Assembly: GCA_046350615.1 (NCBI GenBank) | Contig: JAXMAA010000001.1 | Span: 200,480 to 264,479, forward strand | Length of the DNA stretch: 64,000 nt | DNA from: Candidatus Saccharimonadales bacterium | Lineage (GTDB): Bacteria; Patescibacteriota; Saccharimonadia; Saccharimonadales; UBA7683 | Direction: 5' to 3' | Shown: positions 46,348-52,925 of the stretch, piece after piece | How the letters are laid out: each line of letters begins with the position of its first letter | Position numbering within the stretch: position 1 is the first letter of the stretch | Position numbers and translations under genes: made by a program | Notes under the pieces: model-generated | The model's input: only the letters and a program-made list of their open reading frames with translations | Told to the model about the DNA's origin: nothing | Database searches by the model: none

Positions 46348-46363
46348 TGTGATTTTTATCACT
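46348..46363. promoter_or_regulatory. CRP/FNR-type operator
   Basis: TGTGA-tttttA-TCACt (consensus TGTGA-N6-TCACA), 59 nt upstream of the Crp-family gene and 71 nt upstream of the divergent gene. Confidence 0.5.
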
Positions 46364-46421
46364 ATAAGCTACTTTTAAATTAGGCTTTGCGCTCGCAGAT
46401 CTGTTCTGTCATAATTAAGCT

Positions 46422-47069
46422 ATGTTAGCCGATCAAGCAGCGCACGATCAGTTAGTGGAGTTTTTTCAAACTGGCACACAGCTCAATTACAAAAAGGGCG
46501 AGTCTATTGTTCATTCCGGCGATGAACCCCGCGGCATTTACTACATTACCAAGGGTTTTGTGAAAGCCTACGCCATTACGAAGTACGGCGAGGAAAACGC
46601 GTTAATCGTTCGTCAGAATGGTGATATCTTCCCTTTAATCTGGGCTTTCACTGGTTTACATCGTGATATCACCTACGAAGCCATGAGCGATACGACCCTA
46701 TGGCGGGTAGCCCGGAGCGAGTTCCTAGCATTCTTAAAAAAGAACGAGCACGTAGTGCCCGTTCTTTTAGATATGGCCATCGAGGCCTACCGCCTCCATT
46801 CCGAACGCGTCAATACCCTCGAGTACCGTACTGTCCGTGAACGCTTGGCCAGCTTTCTGCTCACCCACGTTGACCGCTTTGGCAGCCAAGGCGTGAAAGG
46901 CAAATCCTTAAGCGCCCCGATCCGACGCGCTGACATTGCCGCCTCAATCAATGCCTCCAGAGAAAGCACCAGCCGCGAACTCTCCGCCCTTGCCCGCGGC
47001 GGCTATATCGACCTCACCACCCCATTCATAGAGATCATCAACGAACCAAAACTCCGCGAGTTACTCTAG
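46422..47069 (+). CDS. Crp/Fnr-family transcriptional regulator
   Basis: N-terminal cNMP-binding beta-barrel (GDEPRGIYYITKGFVKAY). C-terminal HTH (RADIAASINASRESTSRELSAL). Confidence 0.8.
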   Translation: MLADQAAHDQLVEFFQTGTQLNYKKGESIVHSGDEPRGIYYITKGFVKAYAITKYGEENALIVRQNGDIFPLIWAFTGLHRDITYEAMSDTTLWRVARSEFLAFLKKNEHVVPVLLDMAIEAYRLHSERVNTLEYRTVRERLASFLLTHVDRFGSQGVKGKSLSAPIRRADIAASINASRESTSRELSALARGGYIDLTTPFIEIINEPKLRELL

Positions 47070-47072
47070 ATC

Positions 47073-47660
47073 TCAGCCCCGGTAGCCAACATTGGCTACT
47101 TTTCCGCGTCGGATAATTAGGTAAACGCTGAATAAGCCGTTCGCCAGCACCCATGTTAAAGGATACAGGATCGTAACAATCGTGTACCTTTCAAGTGCAT
47201 ATAGCGCTAAGCAAAAACGAACAGTATTTACAACATAACTTATAAGTGTTTCCTCTCCTGGCTTATGCCACGACTTTCTAATAGTTGGGATGAATCCCAA
47301 GATATCAATAAGTGATAAGAGAATGACTGACAGCACCGCTTGCTCAGCGAACAGCCAGAGCACAAGCGCCACCATTGAAAGCACTAGAAACATTGTGTCT
47401 GATTTGGTTATCTCTTTGCTGCCTTTTCTCAGACCAATCAAAGCTATGGCAAGACACACAATTGCAGCCGCTAGCGTAACAAATGCTCCCGGTCCCGCCT
47501 TGTCGCTCAGTTGAAGCCCAAATGCAACTGCCGTTACAAACCCCCATATAAACCAGGTAAATATGTGGGGCTTTGTCTTACCCTTAATCGTATCTCTAAT
47601 GTACGGAATATACCCTATAAACGTGAGGGCGACCGCAATTATCCCGACTAGGTTCTTCAT
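47073..47660 (-). CDS. polytopic membrane protein, unassigned
   Basis: 195 aa, about 6 hydrophobic helices. Confidence 0.5.
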   Translation of the reverse strand: MKNLVGIIAVALTFIGYIPYIRDTIKGKTKPHIFTWFIWGFVTAVAFGLQLSDKAGPGAFVTLAAAIVCLAIALIGLRKGSKEITKSDTMFLVLSMVALVLWLFAEQAVLSVILLSLIDILGFIPTIRKSWHKPGEETLISYVVNTVRFCLALYALERYTIVTILYPLTWVLANGLFSVYLIIRRGKVANVGYRG

Positions 47661-47683
47661 ACGTTATTTATAATAGCAGAGTA

Positions 47684-48490
47684 CTAATGCATACTTATTT
47701 TTAGTAAATAGAAGCGCTCTAGATTGCCTTTTTCGCCGGCTACCGAGCTATCGGATTTTTTAAGTAGTACAAATCCATTCTGTTTAACCCATTGCTCAAA
47801 GTTTTGCAGGATATCGCGGCGCTGGGCGTTATTTTTCACCACACCCTTATTAAGCTGATCTTTACCGGCTTCAAACTGGGGTTTAAGCATCGCTACGATC
47901 TGACCATTTTTTGTAATAAGCTTGGCTACACTCTCAAGTACTTTAGTCATGGAGATAAAACTGACATCAATTAATGCAATATCCGCTTTATCCATAAGGT
48001 ATAAATGCTTGTCATCCTGAACTTGTTTCAGGATCTGATCTGGCTGCGCGTTGGATCCTGAAACAAGTTCAGGATGACAGTGGACGTTACGAATGTCAGT
48101 TTTTTCATGCAGCTCTACTCGCTCGTCCCCGCGCAGCCGCGGATGCAGCTGATTGGTGCCGACATCCACAGCAATTACCTTTTTAGCACCGTGTTGCAAC
48201 GCGTAATCGGTAAAACCGCCGGTGCTAGAACCAACATCGAGCACTATCTTACCTTTGAAGTCTAAGTTTAGCGCTTGGGCTACGGAAGCCAACTTCAAAG
48301 CAGCTCGTGAAACATATTGTTCTTTCGCCCCGAATTCGATTTTAGATTCCTCAGATACAAAGTAACCCGGTTTTTTAATTAGCTTGCCATCAACTTTCAC
48401 TTGGCCGAGACGAATATAGCTCTCCGCCTGGCTGCGGGTTGGCACCAATTGTTTTTGAACTAATAAATGATCGAGCCGATGCTTATTCAT
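47684..48490 (-). CDS. tlyA: TlyA-family rRNA 2'-O-methyltransferase carrying an in-frame hairpin-repeat insertion
   Basis: S4 domain (RLDHLLVQKQLVPTRSQAESYIRLGQVKVDG), SAM motif LDVGSSTGGFTD, DVSFIS motif. Start set at Met 48490. Confidence 0.85.
   Translation of the reverse strand: MNKHRLDHLLVQKQLVPTRSQAESYIRLGQVKVDGKLIKKPGYFVSEESKIEFGAKEQYVSRAALKLASVAQALNLDFKGKIVLDVGSSTGGFTDYALQHGAKKVIAVDVGTNQLHPRLRGDERVELHEKTDIRNVHCHPELVSGSNAQPDQILKQVQDDKHLYLMDKADIALIDVSFISMTKVLESVAKLITKNGQIVAMLKPQFEAGKDQLNKGVVKNNAQRRDILQNFEQWVKQNGFVLLKKSDSSVAGEKGNLERFYLLKISMH
48011..48078. repeat. 68-bp inverted-pair hairpin element inside tlyA
   Basis: gtcatcctgaacttgtttcaggatc-18 nt-gatcctgaaacaagttcaggatgac. Same 25+18+25 architecture as 7855-7922. 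Translated as CHPELVSGSNAQPDQILKQVQDD. Confidence 0.9.
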
Positions 48491-48737
48491 ATGTCCCGTT
48501 ACAAGCCGTGCCAATTGCTATAATCGCCAATGCCGTAAATGCAATAAATACGGCAAACGGCACACTTATCCATCCAAGTACACGAAGCCAGGTATTGGTA
48601 CGTTTTATAAGGTTTCTTGAAATGAACACAATGAAAAGTATTGTTAAAACAAAGATCACCAATTGTGCTATATTAGCGTTTCGCATATCGGTTCGATTGC
48701 AAGGACCAGTTCCTAAAAAAGCAATGTAGTTTAACAT
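48483..48737 (-). CDS. small membrane protein (84 aa)
   Basis: Two hydrophobic helices. 8-nt overlap with tlyA. Confidence 0.45.
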   Translation of the reverse strand: MLNYIAFLGTGPCNRTDMRNANIAQLVIFVLTILFIVFISRNLIKRTNTWLRVLGWISVPFAVFIAFTALAIIAIGTACNGTYE

Positions 48738-48786
48738 CTCAAACTATTGTAGCAGCTAAATAATATAATATGCGCCAGATTGAGGC

Positions 48787-49032
48787 TCATAGATTCTTAT
48801 ACGTCTTTTCATTGCGATTCGTGATGCGCCTTATCTCAAAATGATTCTCATCCTGAAAATATACCACCCGTATTCTGCCGACCCTTGCTCGAAATAAGCC
48901 ACCCTGGTTCTTGAGTGCTTTAATATCTATATTTGAGACCTGGCCTGCCGCCAGCTTCCTAAGCATCGCTAGTACTTTTTCACGCTCTTTTGGAGATAGA
49001 CGCAGTAAAAATTTAGTTACTTTGTCGGCCAT
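48787..49032 (-). CDS. RelE/ParE-family toxin
   Basis: ...GGLFRARVGRIRVVYFQDENHFEIRRITNRNEKTY pattern. 81 aa. Overlaps the upstream antitoxin gene by 20 nt. Confidence 0.65.
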   Translation of the reverse strand: MADKVTKFLLRLSPKEREKVLAMLRKLAAGQVSNIDIKALKNQGGLFRARVGRIRVVYFQDENHFEIRRITNRNEKTYKNL

Positions 49033-49258
49033 TTTCGTGATCTTGCAATTTCTGGAGTGCCGTAATTAAATCGGCAACCGGCACGCCCCTCTCAGAAATC
49101 TCGGTAAAGTCCAAATCCCAGACAGCATCCTTAACAGGCTCTATATTGAAAACCGGCTTTGAACGCTTAATAACCGTAAAGGTTACCCCATTGGCAACTG
49201 CCTCTATAACTGCCGGGAAGTCAGTTCGTAACTGTTTTAAACTAATTGTTGTCTTCAT
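49013..49258 (-). CDS. Phd/YefM-family antitoxin
   Basis: MKTTISLKQLRTDFPAVIEAVANGVTFTVIKRSKPVFNI is a typical Phd/YefM N-terminus. Confidence 0.7.
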   Translation of the reverse strand: MKTTISLKQLRTDFPAVIEAVANGVTFTVIKRSKPVFNIEPVKDAVWDLDFTEISERGVPVADLITALQKLQDHENGRQSN

Positions 49259-49328
49259 GTTAGGATTTTATCTAAAGTTTAACTTAAAGTCAACTAAATA
49301 TACCCCGTTCTCAAAATCAGCTCGTCCT

Positions 49329-49450
49329 GTCATCCTGAACTCGTTTCAGGATCTCCTTCGTCTGCCAGGGTTTTTCTGGATTCTCAGTCGAGCTGAGAAT
49401 GACAGAAATATGCTCTCGAGGGTTGTCATTCTCGACCTGATCGAGAATCC
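49329..49450. repeat. three hairpin repeat units
   Basis: 49329-49353 gtcatcctgaactcgtttcaggatc; 49378-49403 ggattctcagtcgagctgagaatgac; 49425-49450 gtcattctcgacctgatcgagaatcc. Confidence 0.85.
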
Positions 49451-49585
49451 AGTTATTCAAAATCATCAGTTAAATCCTTCCACGTGGGGTTATCTTTTTC
49501 GATTAGCTCAATTTTCCATATGCGATTCCAGTGCTTCAACTGCTTCTCGCGATAGATAGCTTCTTCGACACTGTTCGTTTCCTCA

Positions 49586-50170
49586 AAATAAACTTCCCAC
49601 GACCTCACGGTCGGGGTATTGGCTCCTTCAAACTAACCGAAGGTTAGTTTGCCCACTATCCTGTTTGCCTTGGTTTTCTATGTAGCTTCGTATAGTGCTT
49701 TCGTTTATGCCAACTGTGCTAACAAAGTAGCCTTCCGACCAAATACTGTCTGTGCCCCAGTAGATCTTTTTTAGAAATGGTAGCTCGGCCTTCATGCCTC
49801 TTGCAGTGTTTGCCTTAATTATACCCACCACCTTACCTACGGACCACGTTGGTGGAATGGAAACGAGCATGTGTATGTGGTCTTTGTCGGTATTGGCAGT
49901 TTTGAAGATGACTTCAGGGTAGTGGTCCTGGATTTCTTTGATACGAGATGTAATGAAGGCCTTAACGCCTTCGTTGATGATACTGCGTCGGTATTTGGTC
50001 GGAAACACTATATGGTAGTCACAGAGGAATACACAGTGGGATTTATGACGATAGAGCGTTGGCATTACCTACTCATGATAGTCGGTGCAGGCCGAAAGCG
50101 GCAAACAAGCTAGTGGGTTAGGGCATACTGCCCACGACCTTACGGTCGGGGTACTGTGCGCCTGGAATAG
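49586..50170 (-). mobile_element. IS200/IS605-family element, copy 2
   Basis: Same 585-bp block as 671-1255 including both subterminal hairpins. Probable true limits 49587-50165. Confidence 0.9.
49628..50065 (-). CDS. tnpA: IS200-family Y1 transposase TnpA (identical to 713-1150)
   Basis: 145-aa product identical to copy 1. Confidence 0.9.
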   Translation of the reverse strand: MPTLYRHKSHCVFLCDYHIVFPTKYRRSIINEGVKAFITSRIKEIQDHYPEVIFKTANTDKDHIHMLVSIPPTWSVGKVVGIIKANTARGMKAELPFLKKIYWGTDSIWSEGYFVSTVGINESTIRSYIENQGKQDSGQTNLRLV

Positions 50171-50342
50171 ACGAGCCTGTGAACATCGTATTTACTTGTG
50201 AAGCTCTGATGATCTGCAGATTTATGTTGATCCGCTCTTTTAGTAAGATCATTTGTAACACCAATGTATAGTGTGCCGTTTTTCTTACTAGACAAGATAT
50301 AGATGTAATATGTATTCACGGAGATTATTGTACAGTTTTTCT

Positions 50343-50368
50343 GGATTCTCAGTCGAGCTGAGAATGAC
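50343..50368. repeat. hairpin repeat unit (part of a 36-nt direct repeat with 49371-49406)
   Basis: tttttctggattctcagtcgagctgagaatgacaga occurs at 49371-49406 and 50336-50371, on both sides of the GIY-YIG gene. Confidence 0.85.
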
Positions 50369-50378
50369 AGAGAAGTGC

Positions 50379-50936
50379 CTACTTCTTGCGCTCGCGGTAG
50401 CTACCGTCTTCAGTGCTGACCGAGATGATATCACCTTGTTTGATAAAGGCTGGCACCTTAACAATTAAGCCCGTTTCAACGGTTGCGTCTTTGGTGATGG
50501 CATTGGCGGTATCACCTTTGACTACATCTTCAGCATAGGTTACCTCAAGATAGACGTTCTTCGGCAGCTCAAGGTTAATAACCTGACCATCAAAAAATTG
50601 GAGACCAGCGGAATCGCCCTCTTTCAGATAGAATTTAGCATCCTCAGCAATATCAGTTGCAATCGAAAACTGCTCAAAGCTTTCCGGATCCATAAAGTGA
50701 TACTCTTGGTCAGTGTACAGATACTGTACTGTTTGCGTGTTCACACTGGCTGGCTCAATCTTGTCGGCACCTTTAAAGGTTTTGGCCAGTACATTGCCAT
50801 CAATCAAGTTCTTCAAGCGCACATTTACAATAGAGCCGCCGCGACCCATCACCTTTTGACTATATTCGATAACTTTAAATGGCTTGCCGTCTAGTTGAAC
50901 CACAGTGCCTTTTTTAAGGTCAGTTGGACTTAACAT
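50379..50936 (-). CDS. efp: translation elongation factor P
   Basis: MLSPTDLKKGTVVQLDGKPFKVIEYSQKVMGRGGSIVNVRLKNL... 185 aa. Confidence 0.9.
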   Translation of the reverse strand: MLSPTDLKKGTVVQLDGKPFKVIEYSQKVMGRGGSIVNVRLKNLIDGNVLAKTFKGADKIEPASVNTQTVQYLYTDQEYHFMDPESFEQFSIATDIAEDAKFYLKEGDSAGLQFFDGQVINLELPKNVYLEVTYAEDVVKGDTANAITKDATVETGLIVKVPAFIKQGDIISVSTEDGSYRERKK

Positions 50937-50979
50937 AGATTATTGATTTTAGATTATGGATTATTGCATTAATCCAATA

Positions 50980-51369
50980 TCACAGACGCTCCTTATTCGC
51001 CTTTATTAATCCGTACAACAGCTTTTGTGTTAATGTTGTTTGATGCAGAAGTCTCTGCAAACCGGTTGCTTTTAGAAACGTGACATCCGAAGCTATGTAA
51101 GCCTGAGTTTCAACTTCTACCAAAGAACCGTTAGCAATGTAGTAAAATTGATTCTTCTCTCTTGCGCTTGCCCTGCCAAAACCCTCTGCGATGTTACTTG
51201 GTACTGATACCGCCGCACGTTTCATCTGAGATGATAACCCGTATTTCTCATCTATCGGAAACTCACTTGTTAACGCGTACACCATCTTTGCGAGTTTTCT
51301 CGCTTCCTGCCAGACAATTAAGTCCGTATATTTGGCAATTGTGCGTTCTTTATATTCTTGATGCCCCAT
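50980..51369 (-). CDS. four-helix-bundle protein (23S rRNA intervening-sequence protein family)
   Basis: LIVWQEARKLAKMVY...QMKRAAVSVPSNIAEGFGR signature. Confidence 0.75.
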   Translation of the reverse strand: MGHQEYKERTIAKYTDLIVWQEARKLAKMVYALTSEFPIDEKYGLSSQMKRAAVSVPSNIAEGFGRASAREKNQFYYIANGSLVEVETQAYIASDVTFLKATGLQRLLHQTTLTQKLLYGLIKANKERL

Positions 51370-51419
51370 ATCAATTGCCCCTTCTATAATCGATAATCAA
51401 AAATCTATAATCAGCAGCT

Positions 51420-51650
51420 TTAGCCCTGTGCTACGAATGGCAAGAGTGCTAAATGGCGGGCTCGCTTTACAGCCGTTGCTAGAGCTCGTTGCTGCTTAGC
51501 CGATAGGCCAGTCTTGCTAGCTGGCTCTATCTGACCAAACTGGTTAATAAACTTCTGGATGGTTTTAACATCCTTGTAATCAAAATATGTAATGTCTGGT
51601 TTTCTTTTTCCGTTCATAATTATCCTTTTGTCATATTTATCACGTAGCAT
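51420..51650 (-). CDS. rpsR: 30S ribosomal protein S18
   Basis: ...[49 protein letters not shown]. The true start may be the internal Met (MNGKRK). Confidence 0.85.
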   Translation of the reverse strand: MLRDKYDKRIIMNGKRKPDITYFDYKDVKTIQKFINQFGQIEPASKTGLSAKQQRALATAVKRARHLALLPFVAQG

Positions 51651-51738
51651 TGATCATTGACCAGAGATGTTTCGTTGAACATGTTACATGTTACTTGCTA
51701 CATCTATGCTACATGCAAATTGTTACATGTTAAATTTA

Positions 51739-52206
51739 CTAAAATGGTATTTCGCTTAAATCAATTGGTTTGTCGTCGATGTCTTCAATCACGACATCAT
51801 CGTTCTTTTTAGAATCGCTAGAGCTACTTGAGCTTGAGCTGCTAGAAGAGCCGCCACTAAAGCCACCACCATCGTTGCCACCGCCCACAAAGTTGAAATC
51901 TTCTACAATCACCTCGACCTTGCTACGCTTTTGACCGTCTTGATCCCAGCTACGCTGATCGAGTCGACCGGAAACTAAGATAGGACGACCTTTTTGCATG
52001 TACTGCGCAATAACTTCACCGGTCCGCCCCCAAGCAACACAGTCAATAAAGCTTACTTGCTCCTGGGTGGATCCATCCTGGCCCTTCCAAGTACGGTTTA
52101 CTGCGAGGGCAAAGTTAGTAACACTTTGCCCGTTTGGCGTCTGACGCGTTTCAGGATCACGCGTCAGGTTACCCATCAAAATTACTTTGTTAAACCCTTT
52201 TGTCAT
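51739..52206 (-). CDS. ssb: single-stranded DNA-binding protein
   Basis: NKVILMGNLTRDPETRQTPNGQSVTNFALAV OB fold, Gly/Ser-rich linker, acidic tip DLSEIPF. Confidence 0.9.
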   Translation of the reverse strand: MTKGFNKVILMGNLTRDPETRQTPNGQSVTNFALAVNRTWKGQDGSTQEQVSFIDCVAWGRTGEVIAQYMQKGRPILVSGRLDQRSWDQDGQKRSKVEVIVEDFNFVGGGNDGGGFSGGSSSSSSSSSSSDSKKNDDVVIEDIDDKPIDLSEIPF

Positions 52207-52264
52207 ATGTGGCTCCTTTCAGCCGCAGAAAAATGGAATATGAAAAATGAAAAAAGCTGTAATT

Positions 52265-52327
52265 GTCATCCCGAACTTGATTCGGTATCCGATAATTGAT
52301 TAGATTCTGAATCAAGTTCAGAATGAC
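52265..52327. repeat. 63-bp inverted-pair hairpin element (variant stems)
   Basis: gtcatcccgaacttgattcggtatc ... gattctgaatcaagttcagaatgac. Confidence 0.8.
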
Positions 52328-52337
52328 AAACCCGCCG

Positions 52338-52365
52338 TATTTCTTATTTCTTATTTCGTATTTCA
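52338..52365. repeat. 4 x 7-nt tandem repeat tatttc(t/g/a)
   Basis: tatttct tatttct tatttcg tatttca between the rpsF stop and ssb. Confidence 0.8.
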
Positions 52366-52375
52366 TGCAGTTACT

Positions 52376-52717
52376 TTACTCCTCGCTTACACTCTCATCG
52401 TCAGATTTTGCCTCACCAGCAACTGGCGCCTTCAAGTCCTTCTCTACCATCAGGTAACGAACAGCTTCGTCGGTAATATTGAGCAAGCTCTGCACCTTGT
52501 TGGCATTTGCTGGTGCAATTGAAACCTCAAACAGCACATACACCGCAAAATCTTGTTTTTTAATTGGGTAGGCAAGCTTCTTTTTACCCCAGTTGTCTTT
52601 AGAGACAACCTTACCACCGTTATCGGTAATGATTTTTTCCACCTTCGCCAGTGGTTTTTCCAGATCAATTTCAAGATCCGGGTGTAGTAGTACGGTTAAT
52701 TCGTACAATTTCTCCAT
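52376..52717 (-). CDS. rpsF: 30S ribosomal protein S6
   Basis: YELTVLLHPDLE...KDNWGKKKLAYPIKKQDFAVYVLFE. Acidic C-terminus. Confidence 0.9.
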   Translation of the reverse strand: MEKLYELTVLLHPDLEIDLEKPLAKVEKIITDNGGKVVSKDNWGKKKLAYPIKKQDFAVYVLFEVSIAPANANKVQSLLNITDEAVRYLMVEKDLKAPVAGEAKSDDESVSEE

Positions 52718-52806
52718 CGAGAACTCCCTTCGGTTCCATCCTTCGCATAAAGCTTCGGAGGAGCGTAATCTCTCTAAATTACGCTTGAGTTAATATTGTA
52801 GTGACA

Positions 52807-52835
52807 ATTATATCAAATTTACCCCTGTTGGTCAA
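52807..52835 (-). promoter_or_regulatory. near-consensus sigma-70-type promoter for rpsF-ssb-rpsR
   Basis: Minus strand TTGACC (52835-52830), 17-nt spacer, TATAAT (52812-52807). About 85-nt leader with hairpin agcgtaat/attacgct before the aagggag RBS. Confidence 0.55.
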
Positions 52836-52925
52836 ATCAACCTTCATTCCCTAATTTTCGATTTTGCACCCTTAAGGAGGCGTCCTCCGCATGTACTTTT
52901 TACTTCGCCTAGAACCAGCAAAAGA

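Larger units (their letters stand above)
49453..50319 (-). pseudogene. GIY-YIG (UPF0213-like) nuclease-superfamily gene interrupted by IS200 copy 2
   Basis: 5' part 50319-50171 (GTG start): NTYYIYILSSKKNGTLYIGVTNDL...KYDVHRLV. 3' part 49585-49453: EETNSVEEAIYREKQLKHWNRIWKIELI... The junction restores ...RLVYFEET... if 6 nt of the shared edge are host DNA. Confidence 0.8.
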
